Part shown: positions 1 through 13,309 of the stretch, piece by piece
How the letters are laid out: each line of letters opens with the position of its first letter
How positions within the stretch are numbered: the stretch's first letter is position 1
Source of the DNA: Hypanus sabinus
Lineage: Eukaryota
Direction: 5' to 3'
NCBI RefSeq assembly: GCF_030144855.1
Contig: NC_082722.1
Coordinates: forward strand, 11,966,001-12,030,000
DNA length: 64,000 nt
The notes under the pieces: generated by a model
The model's input: only the letters and a program-made list of their open reading frames with translations
Told to the model about the DNA's origin: nothing
Database searches by the model: none
Program-made: the position numbers and the translations under genes

Positions 1-589
1 TGGTAAAAATATTCGTCAAATAGTAAAGACGTAATTGGAGGACATTTATAAAATCATAATCTTATCAATCAAGTTCAGTGGGGCACACAAGGTTATTGAA
101 GTTTTTTTTTTGATAAAGCTTTAGCCAGGGTGCCTCACAAAAGGAAAGGACAGAAATGTCTATGGTATTAGAGATAACATATTGGCACAGACAGAGTATA
201 GGTTAATAGGTATCAAGCAGCCAATAAGTACAAGATTGACGTTTTCAGACTTCATAACCTATGACCTGTGATATCCTGCAGGGATCAGACTCCCCACCCC
301 CCACCCCGCCACCCCTACCCAGCTACCATCCTCTTTACCTGGTCTCACTTATCAACTTCCAGCTTGTATTCTTTCCCCTCCCTCTATCCTTCCTTTCCAT
401 TTCTGATGAAGAGTTTCAGCCTGGAATGTCAACTGTTTATTCCTTTCCACAGATGTTGCCTGACCTCCTGTGTTCCTCCAGCATTTTGTGTGTGTTCCTG
501 AAAAGCACCAGCGAATTCTCCCTGTGTACGGCAACACCCAGTTTGGTATCACCTCTTGCTCTCTCATGATGTACCTAGCAGACAAAGTG

Positions 590-2590
590 AAGGAGAATCT
601 ACAGATAAGTTAAGAGCAAAAGAACTGCAAGGGGCAAAATTGGTCCTTTGGAAGACCAGAGAGCCAAAACAGATAGGGGAGATCTTAAATGAATTCCTTG
701 CATTTATATTTACATAGGAAATGGACACAGAGTCTATAGATAAGGCAAAGCAGCATCAACTTCATAGAGCCTGTACACATTACAGAGGCAGAGGTGTTTG
801 CTACCCTGAGGCAAATCAAGGTGGATAAGTCCCCATGTCCTGTCAAGGTGTTTCCTTGGATCCTACAGGAGGCAAATGCAGAAAATGCTGTGACCTGGCA
901 GAGATATTGAAATCATTCGTAGCAACGGGGGAGGTACCAGAGGATTGGCGAATCGTCAATGTTGTTCCACTCTTTCGAAAAGGCCCTAAACAGAAACCAG
1001 GATATTATAGGCCAGTGATTCTGACATCATTTGTGGATAAGTTATTGTAAGGTATTCTAAATGACTGGATATAGAAGTATACAGCCATGGACTGATTAAG
1101 GATAGTCAGTCTTTGTGGTCATGTCTAACCAATCTTACAGAATTTTTTGAGGAACAAAATATCCTCCCATGTCTTCAGCAGCAACCTTGCCATTTCTTTA
1201 ACAGTTGTCGGATTTATGAGGCTGAGTTGCTAACTTGGTGCTCAACCTAGCATGGATGGAAACCGTGCAAGGAGCCAGCTGGATTTGAACCTGGGACCCC
1301 TCGTCTTGAAGTCACCTGCCATTACGCCACCAGTTGAGGAAGTTACCAGGAAAGTGGTTGAAGGCAAGGCAGTGAATGTTGTCCATATAGACTTTAGAAA
1401 GGCATTTGACAAGGTTCCACAGGAGAGGCAAGACAAGATTGCTCGGTTGCTCAGCATTCAGGGTGAGGTAGTAAATTGGATTAGACATTGGCTTTGTGCA
1501 AGGAGCCGGAGAGTGGTAGTAGAGGATTGCTTCTCTAACTGTAACTGTGACTAGTGGTGTGCCACAGGGATCAGTGCTGGGTCCTTTGTTGTTTGTCATC
1601 TATATCATTTAACTGGATGATACTGTGGTTAACTGGATCAGCAAATTTGCAGATGACCCCAACAATGGGAACAGTGAGGAAGGATATCATGGCTTACAGA
1701 AGGATCTGCATCAGCTGTAAAATATGGCAGATGGAATTTAATGCAGGCAAATGCAAGGTTTTTTACCTTGGTAGCACCAACGTTCGAGCACTGAGGAGTC
1801 TGATGGAACAAAGGGATCTGGGAATAAAGGATCATAACCCATTGAAAGTGGTGTCACAGGTAGACAGGGCTCGTAAAGAAAACTTTTAACACATTGGCCT
1901 TCATAAATCAATGTACTGAGTACAGAAGATAGGATGTTATATTGAAGTTGTATAAGATGTGGGTGAAGCCTAATTTGAAGTATTGTGTGCAGCTTTGGTC
2001 ACGTACCTACAGGAAATATATAAACACATTTGAAAGACTACAACAAAAATTGAAAGTTGCTGAGCTGGAAATCGAAAATTTGTTAAGAGCTCTTAAGACA
2101 TATGAAAAAGTTGAAAAGTTGAAAATTGGAAGTTGCTGAGTCTGGAGGAACTGAGGTACAAGGAAACATTGAATAGGTTAGGACTGTATTCTCTAAAATG
2201 TAGAAAACTGAGAAGATTTGATAGAGATATACAAAATTACGAAGGGTATAGATAGGGTAAATTCAAGCAGATCTTTTTCATTGAGGTCGGGTGGGATTAC
2301 AACAGGTGGTCATGGATTAAAGGTTAAAGGTGAGAAGTTTAATGGGAACATGAGGAGGAACTTCTTCACTCAGAGGGTCGTGAAAGTGTGGAATGAGCTG
2401 ACAACACAAGTCATACATGCAAGCTCGATTTCAATGTTTAAGAGAAGTTTGGATAACTTCATGGATATTAGTGGTTCAGAAGGCTATGGTCCAGGTGCAG
2501 GTCAATGGGAGTAGGAAGTTTAAATGGTTTCAGCATGGACTAGATGGGCCAAAAGGTTTGTTCATGTTTTGTGCTTCTCTATGACTCTTA
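590..2590 (+). mobile_element. CR1 LINE, degenerate 3' part of ORF2 (RT) plus 3' UTR
   Basis: Broken-frame peptides YRPVILTSFVDKLL, DFRKAFDKVP, WQMEFNAGKC, YCVQLWS and NFFTQRVVKVWNEL are typical of CR1 ORF2; boundaries approximate. Confidence 0.9.
1155..1333 (-). mobile_element. tRNA-derived SINE inserted in the CR1
   Basis: Minus strand begins GTGGCGTAATGG (A box) and carries GGTTCAAATCC (B box); flanked by the direct repeat TTGAGGAA at 1147-1154 and 1334-1341. Confidence 0.75.
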
Positions 2591-3273
2591 TCTGTAAATT
2601 GATGAGACTGATAGGAACTGTTTTGCTGTGTTGGTGCCAAAGCTATCCTGCATTAGATAAGCAACTAAATCAACTAAATCTCTTCAGTTCCTGGCACAGA
2701 CTCTCACCCACCCAGCTGCTGAATTCCATCTGTTCATTACAAACTATTTACTATCCCAGTGTTATAGTTCACAAATAACTATTGTACATATACAGAATAT
2801 AAAACAGGAAATGCAGGAAACATTCAGCAGGTCAGACAGTGCCTGTAGAAAGTGAAACAATTGACATTAATAGTTTACAAAGGAAATATCTCTTATAAAG
2901 TGAGAGCAAAAGGGGTAAAAGCCTGCTTGTGACAGTTGCAAAGGTTTAAGTAGGCAGACACAGGTAGCCATTTACTTATTCAGTCTTGTCCTACTAGAGA
3001 TATTCCTTTTCTTCTCGCCAACCCTTCATCTGCCTTCCTTCCAACTGAAGACTAAACAGTTATTTTTCTCTTTATTTCTGTCAATGGTGCTGCATCTGAG
3101 ATATTTACGTTTCTTTCTCCCTCCACAGATGCTGTCTGATTTGCTAGTGATTCTGGATTTTCGATTTAAATTTCAGATTCTGGACATTTACATATTTTTG
3201 ATTATTATTTTTTATTATCCATGCATTTTTATTGTTCCCAATCCAGCTTATAACATTTATTGGCAATTATTAA

Positions 3274-5090
3274 CATAGAACATAGAATAGTACAGCACAG
3301 TACAGGTCCTTCGGCTCTCAATGTTGTGCCGACCCTTAAACCCTGCCTCCCATATAACCCCCACCTTAAATTCCTCCATATACCTGTCTTGTAGTCTCTT
3401 AAATTTCATTAGTGTATCTGCCTCCACCACAGACACAGGCAGTGCATTCCATGCACCAACACTCTGTGAGTAAAAAATCCTCCTCTAATATCCCCCTTGA
3501 ACTTTCCTCCCCTTACCTTAAAACCATGTCCTCTTGTATTGAGCAGTGGTGCCCTGGGGAAGAGGTGCTGGCTATCCACTCTATCTATTCCTCTTAAGAT
3601 CTTATATACCTCTATCATGTCTCCTCTCATCCTCCTTCTCTCCAAACAGTAAAGCCCTAGTTCCCTTAATTTCTAATCGTAATGCATACTCTCTAAACCA
3701 GGCAGCACCCTGGTAAACCTCCTCTGTACCCTTTACAATGCTTCCACATCCTTCCTATAGTGAGGCGACCAGAACTGGACACAGTACTCCAAGTGTGGCC
3801 TAACCAGAGTTTTATAGAGCTGCATCATTACCTCATGTCTCTTAAACTCTATCCCTTGACTTATGAAAGCTAACACCCCATAAGCTTTCTTAACTACCCT
3901 ATCTACCAATGAGGCAACTTTCAGGGATCTGTGGACATGTACCCCCAGATCCCTCTGCTCCTCCACACTACCAAGTATCCTGCCATTTACTTTGTACTCT
4001 GCCTTGGAGTTTGTCCATCCAAAGTGTACCACCTCACACTTCTCTGGGTTGAACTCCATCTGCCACTTCTCAGCCCACTTCTGCATCTTATCAATGTCTC
4101 TCTGCAACCTTTGACAATCCTCTACACTATCTACAATACCACCAACCTTTGTGCTGTCTGCAAACTTCCAACCCACCCTTCCACCCCCATATCCAGGTCG
4201 TTAATAAAAATCATGAAAAGTAGAGGTCCCAGAACCGATCCTTGTGAGACACCACTAGTCACAACCCTCCAATCCGAATGTACTCCCTCTGCTTTCTGCA
4301 GGCAAGCCAATTCTGAACCCTCCTGGCCAAACTTCCCTGGATCCCATGCCTTCTGACTTTGTGAATAAGTATACCATGTGGAACGTTATCAAATGCCTTA
4401 CTAAAATCCATGTAGATCATATCCACTGCACTACCCTCATCTATATGCCTGACCACCTCCTCAAAGAACTCTATCAGGCTTGTTAGACATGATCTGCCCT
4501 TCACAAAGCCATGCTGACTGTCCCTGACCATACTGTGATTCTCTAAATGCCCATAGATCCTATCTCTCAGAATCTTTTCCAACAGTTTTCCCACCACAGA
4601 CATAAGGCTCACTGGTCTATAATTACCCGGACTATCCTTGCTACCTTTTTGAACAAGGGGACAACATTCACCTCCTTCCAATCCTCAGGTACCATTCCCA
4701 TGAACAAGGACATAAAGATCCTAGCCAGAGGTTCAGCAATCTCTTCCCTCACCTCGTGGAGCAGCCTGAGGAATATTCCATCAGGACCCGGGGACTTATC
4801 CATCCTAATGTATTTTAACAACTTCAACACCTCCCCTCCCTTAATATCAACATGCTCCAGAACATCAACCTCACTCATATTGTCCTCACTGTCATCAAGT
4901 TTCCTCTCAGTGGTGAATACCGAACAGAAGTATTCATTGAGGACCTCGCTCACTTCCACAGCCTCCAGGCACATCTTCCCACCTTTATCTCTAACTGGTC
5001 CTACCTTCACTCCTGTCATCCTTTTGTTCTTCACATAATTGAAGAATGCGTTGGGGTTTTTCTTTACCCTTCTTGCCAAGGCCTTCTCAT
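3274..5090 (-). mobile_element. CR1 LINE, 5'-truncated ORF2 (RT) with 3' tail
   Basis: ORFs 4609..5172, 4259..4681, 3733..4176 and 3409..3645 carry YRPVSLMSVVGKLLE, QHGF, DFSKAFD, KFADSTK and HLEYCVQFWSP; short tandem tail CATAGAA at the left end. Confidence 0.93.
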
Positions 5091-7609
5091 GCCCCATTTC
5101 AAACATATTGAAATGATGTTTGCTGCAACATTGGTATTTATTGCTAGATGTAGAAGTCTTCCAAATTTCCATCTTTAAGATTTAGGGAACTGCTGAAGTT
5201 TTGTACAAGTTGAATCTAAAATGGCAGTAACCTGCAACATTGTACTTTACATTTTCTCAAGAACATAACAATGCAAGAAAATAGGGGTAAGCCACCTGGA
5301 CTTCAAGCCACTCAATGTGAGCATGGCTGGTCTGTGCTGGCCTCAAATCCTCACAGCCCTTAATTCCTCAATATTCCAGATTTTCATCCATCTCCACCTA
5401 AAATATATCTAAAGATATTACTCCTATCTCCCTTGGGGACAAAGATTAACTACTCTCCCAGGAAAGGGAAAAAAAGTTTCCACACATTATACTTTGGATG
5501 TTTACCATAGGTGATGTATCATGAAACCAAAAATATAACTATTGTTGTTGGTATATACAGAAATTAAATATCTATGTCTGTACCTCAATGTGATTGTCGT
5601 GTTGTTATCTTGTTTTTCAAGTATTCTGATTCATGATATTTACATTAAAACTTATAGGGATTCCCTTCTGTCCCTTGAACTTCACTGGTGAAGTGTAAAG
5701 TGTTAATACATTGGGAGAAGGGAGGAGTTCAGTGGGATTTTGGTGGTTGTTTTGCAATGTCCTGACCAGTTTGCTATGCATGGTTACTCTGCAACACTGA
5801 CCTCTCATACTAGTGCAGAATGATTGCTCAGAGTATTAATGTGGGTTTACAGCTTCCTGTTGACTGCAAGCCAGCTCTCTATTTTTACAAGGCCGATAAT
5901 CTTAGTTGAGGATCATGCATGACTTTTTGAAATACTATATTGAAGTATGAGTATTACTGCATTGTTCAGATCACCCCATGAGTGTTTGCTGTTGTCCCTA
6001 CATTGAAGTACTGTAATGGCTTTCAGTAAAATCCATAAAAATAGGCCCGCTTTAATCTTGCACACCATCATGTTACTCAAGCATTCCAAAAGACTTCATA
6101 GTGGTAGAAACCCCAGCAATATGGGAGTAACCACAGGCCAATTAGCCTAATAACATCTGTTGTTGGTAAAATTATTGGAATCAATTATTAACAATGTAAT
6201 AGCAGCACATTTATAAAGTCATAACTTTATCAATAAGATTCAGTTATTGGAATATTTTGATAAAGTCTCTGCTGGAGTCGATAGCCAGTAGATGTATTGA
6301 AAAGAGATTGTACAAGGGGTGCATGGGGTCCTTCATAATGCTGTTTCCTTTGCAAATGCAGCATGTAGTGTAAATGTCCGTAATGCAGTACAGCATAGTA
6401 CCAGCCCTATGGCTCACAAAGTTGTGTAAACCTATATAAACCTCCTCCATAAACATTTAACCCTTCCCTACATATGCTATGACCACCTCCCCATTTTCCC
6501 ACATCTGTCTGCCTATCTAATGTCTTCATTGTCTGTATTTTATGCGCCTTCACCACCACCCCAACAGTGAGCCATAGGCACCCACCCTCTCTGTGTAAAA
6601 ACATCCTACCTGTTATCTCCCCTAAACTTTCCACAACTCACCTTAAACACAGGTCCTCTGGCATTGATCATTACTGTCCTGAGGAAAAGGAACTGGCTGT
6701 CCACTCTGTCCATAATCTTATACACCTCTGTCAAGTCACCTCTCATCTTCTGTTGCTCCAGAGAAAAGCCCTAGCCTGCTCAACCTACCCTTATAAGACA
6801 TGCACTCTAATCCAGGTTGCATCCTGGTACAGAATACAGTTTGACTGCAGCTGTCAGATGTCACAGTTCATATTTTAACTCCAGTTTTCCAGGGGACAAT
6901 ATGCACTGGCTATTATATCCCCTCTTATACACCTCTAGCAAAATCTGGGTTCCAAAGAATACCTTTGCCATGAACCTGTGAGAGCTACAATAAAGGAGCC
7001 CCAGTCTGTCTACTTCTCTTATACAAGTACTAGTTAGGATGAGCTGGCACTCTCCTCAGCATCCTATATATTCTGCAAGTGATATGTGAGGACATTTATT
7101 ATAAGGAAAAGGAATGTGGTTAATACTAGAGAGGTTTAAACACAGATGGAACTGCAATGAGCCTGCCTAGACTCAATGGGCTGAATAGTCTTCTTTGATG
7201 ACATAAGGAAACGTGAAAGTATGGAAGTACAAACTATTCTTTTATCTCAGATTCAGATTCAAGTATTCCATATTTTCACATTTCCTTATGTCAGTAAAGG
7301 AGACCATTCAGCCCATTGACTCTATGCAAGCTCACACTGCAGTTCTATTACCCCATTAATTTTCCCTGAATTTCATGTGATCATGACTAATAGGCAATAT
7401 TAAGGGGTATGTTTACTGGAACTCCCACCTGATTGCAATCTCTGTAGAGCCACCTAATGTTGCTGACTGCTATTCCTGAGTGGGTCTTTCTGCCAGTTGG
7501 CTGTTGCACTCTGGTTGAAACAAGATCTTAATAAGCTTCCTTAACAACAGAAGCATTAAAAACAGCTTCTACAGATTCTCCCCCAGGTTATGAATACCCA
7601 TACATATGA

Positions 7610-8070
7610 AACACAAGAGATTTTGTAGATGCTGCTGATGTTGGACATACACAGCAACAAACAAAAAATACAGCATCTATGGTTGGGATTAAACAATTGA
7701 TGTTTCAGGTCAAGACCCGTCACCAGGACTGGAAAAGAAGAGGAAAGGAGCCGGAATATGAAGCTAGGGGGAGGATAAGAGTACAATCTGGCAGGTGATA
7801 GGTAAAGTCAGGTGAATGGAAAGTGAGTGGGTGGAGGAGTGGAGATGAAATGAGAAGCTGAGAGGAGATAAGTGGAAAAGGCAAAGCACTGAAGAAGAAG
7901 TCATCTGACAGGAATGAAGAGTGGACCATGGGGGAAAGGGAAGAAGCAGGGAACCAGATGGAGGTGATGGGCACGTTAGAAGAGGGGAGCAAGAATGGGG
8001 AATGTAAAAGAGAAAAGGGAAAGGGGGGCAGAAATTACAAGAAGCTAGAAAATTAGTGCTCATGCTGTCA
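7610..8070 (-). mobile_element. Penelope-like element terminal fragment
   Basis: Pyrimidine-rich minus-strand tract followed by the recurrent GATGCTG...CCAGCA terminal motif also seen at 240-500, 35060-35160 and 43700-44130. Confidence 0.5.
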
Positions 8071-8959
8071 GATGGCGTCTACTCTCCAATTATACCTATG
8101 GTAAGTGGTAGGGGGATTGGTGTGATGGATTTGACAGCTACTGTGGAACTGCAGGCATTTTCTGCCACCTGAGAACTCAGCTTGCTACTGTGCTTCTGCT
8201 TTGTAAACTGTCCATGTCATGAATGGTCCACATGCACCCCCATGAAAGTTAGTAGGGTCTTAAGTAAGGCTTTACTTTCCTCCTTGGGGTAGGATATAAA
8301 ATTAAAGAAACACTTTAAGAAGGTTAAATCCAGAATTAGGAAGCTCCACAAAAATGATCATGAACAGATTTTATCTGTGACCACATAATTCTAATTTTTT
8401 TTAGAGCAAATAGTCTGCAGGATAAAGAAGTTCACAAGGAGTAGATATTCAGCATAGCATGTTATGTGCAAATTGTGATGATTTGTCATTCTTCAGTCCA
8501 TAAATCACTGCTTTATCTTTATAAAAGCTTATTTTCATAAACCTAAATAAACACAATACTCTAAGAAATTCATATCATTAACAGCCATTATAACAACCAC
8601 GATCAAGAAACCTTCGAGGAAAATAGAACTTTATCAAGGTGAAAGTGGAAGGTGAGTGAGAGTTTCAGCATTTGACTGCCTGCCTTGTGATTGTTACCCG
8701 AGAAGGAGTCAGTGAGTGGCCTATTGCTGTGTGGCTCCCTGTGGCAGGTGGGTAGGCCTCTCTGCCTTGTGTGGTGTTCCTCTCTTTCAATGAATGCCGG
8801 TGATATTGTGGTTCAGTGTTTATGAATTGGCCTGTTGTGTTTATGGACTGTGGACTTTTTCAGGTTTATGGCTTTATATTCTGGGGTTCTTTTATTGCCC
8901 GTTCCTTTTCTGCTTTGTTCTGCAAGAGGAGGGTGTTTAGGGATTGATATTCTGTTGAG

Positions 8960-9992
8960 TTTTGTTAGATTGTTTAAGATTAAATGCAGCAATAAAACGG
9001 CGCTGGTATAGTAGGAATAGGGAATGTAAATATAAAGACGTACAGATTTTTACAGATGGATCAAAGGATCCAGAAAGGGGTGCAACAGGGGGCAATTATC
9101 AAGTGGAAATTAGCAAGAGAACGCCGGATTGCTTGAGTGTTTATGCAGTTGAAATGTTTGCCATATTGTTAGCACGAGAATGGAGTGAGCAGGTTGATTG
9201 TAATAATATTGTGATATGTAGCGATTCTGTATCGGCCCTTGCAAGCATTAAGGCGGGTACAGCTAGAGGACACCAGGATCCACTTAATGAAATCCTGCTT
9301 GCAAATTCAAGACTGGCTAGACAAGGCAAAAATATTGCATTCATGTAGGTTCCAGCACATTTGGGTATTGTGGGAAATGAGACAGCAGATAAACTGGCAA
9401 AAGCAGTAGTCAAAATGGATCTGTAGAGGTCAATATTAAACTATCAAAATCAGAGGGCCGGAGCATAGTGTGGAGAAGGATAAATCAACAGTGGCAGCAG
9501 CATTGGGATAGAGCAATAAAAGGAAGACATTTACATTCAATTCAAAACAGAGTAGATATGGGAAGGAGTAGGGGAGTAAAGCGGAAGGAGCAAGTAATTA
9601 TAAGTAGACTGAGAATTGGGCACAGCAACCTTGATGGTACTCTGGCCATCATAAATAAACATCCGACAGGTTTTTGCGATCTATGTCAGGACACTGAAAC
9701 AGTAGAGCATACCCTTATTTCATGCAGGAAATTTACATAGGGAAGACAACAACTGCTACAACAATTACGCAAAATAGGACTGGTAGAGAACTGTGTTAAA
9801 GGTTTATTGGAATGTGGGGAGAGTGACCGGGGGAGGAAATGGTTCTTTAGTTTTTTAAGGGTGGTGGGACTGGAAAGAAGACTTTAGACAGTCAAGTGAA
9901 TGGACAATGAGGGACAGTAAATCCTGAAGATGGCAGTAATGCAACAGTGTGCATGCCAACTGTTGTAAAAACCCAAGGAAGAAGAAGAAGAA
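8960..9992 (+). mobile_element. I-group (Nimb-like) non-LTR retrotransposon 3' fragment with RNase H and C-terminal zinc knuckle
   Basis: IFTDGSK, AVEMFAI, ICSDSVSAL and (W)VPAH-GIVGNETADKLAK give the RNase H D-E-D-D set; SRLRIGH and CDLCQDTETVEHTLISC follow; (GAA)5 tail at 9978-9992. Confidence 0.85.
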
Positions 9993-10209
9993 ACTAGATT
10001 TTTTGTGCAATGAAGGGGGTGTTTTTTGGTGGTCAATGTTCCTTTTCCATTTTGTGCAGGGGGAGGGGTATTGGGGGTTGATGGTCAGGACGCTATTCAT
10101 TTTTGTGTGGGGATGTGAGTTTCATGTTTCTCTCTGAACGAATTTCAGGTTCTTTATTTGGAAAAGACAAATTTCAAGCTGTATGTGGATATATACTTTG
10201 ATAATAAAT

Positions 10210-10980
10210 GAACCTTTGAAATTTTGAGCCCTAGACTATTTTCTAAATGGGGAGCAAATTCAGAAATCAGAGGAGCAAAGGGACTTGAGAGTCATCGTGC
10301 AGGATTCCCTAAAGGTTGAGTCAGTAATAAGGAAGGCAACTGTGATGTCAGCATTCATTTTGAGAGGACTACAATGCAAAAAGCAAGGATCTAATGCTGA
10401 GGCTTTATATGCCATGGGTCACAAAGCATTCAGAGTATTGTGAGCAACTTTGGGCTTATTATCTAAGAAAGGATGTGCTGACATTGGAGACGGTCCAGAG
10501 AAGGTTCACAAGAATGATCCTGGTAATGAAAGGGTTAATATATGTGAAGTGTTTGATGGCTCTTGACCTGTACTCACTGGGGGTTAGAAGAATGAGGGAT
10601 GATCTCATTGAAACCTATTAAAGGCCTAGATAGAGAGGACGTGAAGAGGATGTTTCCTATAGTGGGGAAGCCTAGGATCAGAGATTCTATTCTATCAGAA
10701 TAGGACATCTGTTTAGAACAGAGATGAAGAGCAATTTCTTTAGACAGAGTGTGGTGAATCTGTGAAACTCATTGCCATGGGTGGCTGTGGAGGCTGAGTC
10801 ATTGGGTATATTTAAAGCAGAAATTGATAAGTTCATGATTAGTAAGGGAGTTAAAGGTAATGTGGAGAAGACAAGAAGGGTGAATGCGACAATAAATCAG
10901 TCGTGATGGAATGGTGGAGCAGAACTGTTTGGGCAAATGGCCTAATTTTGTTCCAATTGCTTATTGTCTAAATACATGGC
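10210..10980 (+). mobile_element. CR1 LINE 3' fragment
   Basis: EYCEQLWAYYLRKDVLTLETVQRRFTRMI peptide and CR1-type 3' UTR. Confidence 0.85.
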
Positions 10981-11189
10981 ATTTTCAAACAAATTACTTC
11001 TGTTTTACAACCCTAGGTAAGGAAGTTGATATCTTTAACATAAAATGATTTCAAAAACTTTTCCTTGATTTTTTGTGCACAAATGATGTGCTTGAAAAAT
11101 AAACTATATATAATTTGGATTATGACTCATTGCTAGGGTTTTTCTGAGTCGAGCTCACCAACATGTGTTTGTCATTACCATAAACCTAA

Positions 11190-11400
11190 TCCTGACCTTT
11201 GGTGCTGACTATGTGGAGTTTGCATATTCTCCCTGTGACTGCGTGGGTTTCTTCTGTGTGATCTGACTTTCTCCCACATCCCAAATATGTGTAGCTTGGA
11301 CACTTCATAATAGCCAGTTAACATCCCAAGTGTATAGGTAAGTGGTAGAACTTAGCGGGAATGCAGGGAGAATAACTTGGGATTAGTGTAGGTACACACT
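11190..11400 (+). mobile_element. V-SINE/HE1-type SINE core fragment
   Basis: GTGGAGTTTGCATATTCTCCCTGTGACTGCGTGGGTTTC...CTCCCACATCCCAAA resembles the conserved V-SINE core. Confidence 0.6.
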
Positions 11401-11910
11401 CACCTACAGAGCTCTTGATGAAGTCATTGACAACTGTGACATATTTATGCAGATCTGAAGATGAAACCCCAATGAAGGTCCAGTCCACCAATCCAAAGCT
11501 GTTCTGTATATGTTCCTCTGCCTCCCTGATCATACTTTTGCAATCTCATGTCTTCAGACCGCTTAGATGCTGGGAGTAGAAGCACAGCCAGCCAGCGGAT
11601 GCAATGGTAAGTGTTCTTGATGGTGGTGTAACAGTGATCAAGTGTGTTGGCTCCTCTAGTTCTACAGGTCACATGTTGGCAGTAGTTTGTCAGAGACTTC
11701 TTCAAACTGGCTATGTAGAAGCCCCCCCCATGATGACTGGAATGTCATTAGGGTGCTATGTTTCATGACTGTTGCTCTTGGTGCTTGGCTCCTTCAGTGC
11801 CAGCTTGATGTTTGCCAGGGGTGGAATGTACTCTGCAACTAGGATGATAATGATGAACTCATTCAGCAAATACAATGGTGACAGTTGACTGTCAGATGTC
11901 CCCAAGTCAG
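11400..11910 (-). mobile_element. Rex1/Babar-type LINE fragment (endonuclease region)
   Basis: QHVTCRTRGANTLDHCYTTIKNTY and FGLVDW peptides in ORFs 11445..11705 and 11318..11533. Confidence 0.7.
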
Positions 11911-12422
11911 GACAGTAGAACTGCCACATCAGTGAAGCACTAGACCAACCTGCACTACCTTACTGAACACTATTAATAATTTTTCTCAAAATTTGCTACT
12001 AGCATATATTATTTTGCTTAATTTCCCCAAATATACTTCTTTTCAATCTGAATTTAACATTTCAATGTGATATCCACCTCTTGTCAACAAGTAGCCTTAA
12101 ATAGAATTGCATTCATAAGCAAACTGATCAGCGAGGCAAGTGACATCATTTGTAGGTGGTTACCATACGATTGATTTTCTGAGCAGTGCCTCAGAAAGCC
12201 AGCACCCACCACCCAGGACATGCCCTTTTCTCACTGCTACCATCAGGAAGGAGGTACAGAAGCCTGAAGGCACATACTCAGTGATTCAGGAACACCTTCT
12301 TCCCCCTGGCCATCAGATTTCTGAATGGACATTGAATCCATGAACATTATTTCACTACATTTTTATTTCTATTTTTGCACTACTTATTTAATTTATCTAC
12401 TATATATATATATGTACATGTT

Positions 12423-12677
12423 GGCGTGTGGCCAAGTGGTTAAGGCGTTGGTCTACTGATCTGAAGGTCACTAATTCGAGCCTCAGCTAAGGCAGCGTGT
12501 TGCGTCCTTGAGCGACGACACCAGTGTCAAGCTGTATCGCCTCTTGGTCAACATCGGTGGCATGGAGAGGGGAGACTGGCAGTATGGGCAACTGCCGGTC
12601 TCCCATACAACCCTGCACTGGCCTGCGCCCTGGAAACTTTCCAAGGCACAAATCCATGGTCCCTCAAGGCTAATGGA

Positions 12678-12680
<3 letters not shown>
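12423..12680 (+). mobile_element. tRNA-derived SINE ending in a (CA)n/(TA)n tail
   Basis: GGCGTGTGGCCAAGTGGTTAAGG (A box) and AATTCGAGCC (B-box-like); microsatellite at 12679-12727. Confidence 0.75.
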
Positions 12681-12717
<37 letters not shown>

Positions 12718-13309
12718 CACACATACATTTTTTCCTCTATTATTACATATTGCATTGTACTGCTGTGCAAGGTTATTAAATTTCACAATAAATGTCGATG
12801 ATATTAAAGCTGATTCTGATTGGTATGCCAAGAGAAGTTCTTGATGATCCTCTCCTGTGCTTCATGGTGTGTCAAGGGAAATTCTTGATGATCCTTTGAT
12901 GTTCCTGGAACCAGGCTTAAATTCAACATCAGCGTGTGAAGCCAAGACTGAAAATTGCATTTGCTCTTCATTGTCTACCTAATATGGTGTCCCCATTGGC
13001 TAGAAGCTGAAATTGGTAACTGTATGTACAAGACCAGTGAAAATCCTCTTTCAAGTCAGGAAGAAATGACTAATGTGATGCTGCTGGTCTGAAAAGGATG
13101 ATCTTTCATCAAAGAGTCAGACCCCAAACTTAAAAGAATTTTGGTTGCAGAAAATTGTACAATGATAAGGAATGGTATTAGATGCAGTGCTGTACAAGTA
13201 CTATAAGCAGAAAGTATTTGTTGATTTTCACTGTGCTCTACATGTTATTTTAGATGGAACAGTTTAGCAGTGCCTTCGGCAAGGCATATAGTGGATATTT
13301 TGGCTTACG

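Noticed and set aside
5700-6020. Possible decayed V domain (LFCNV ... EYYCIVQITP, cysteines about 205 nt apart)
   Set aside because: The cysteines are out of frame, there are several stops, and no Trp motif or splice sites support it; not distinguishable from chance by eye.
8585-8651. Exon-like segment with a strong donor (AG|gtgagt), reading AIITTTIKKPSRKIELYQGESG
   Set aside because: No partner exons or recognisable domain were found.
12423-12495. tRNA gene
   Set aside because: It has A and B boxes but no complete cloverleaf and continues into a SINE body and microsatellite tail.
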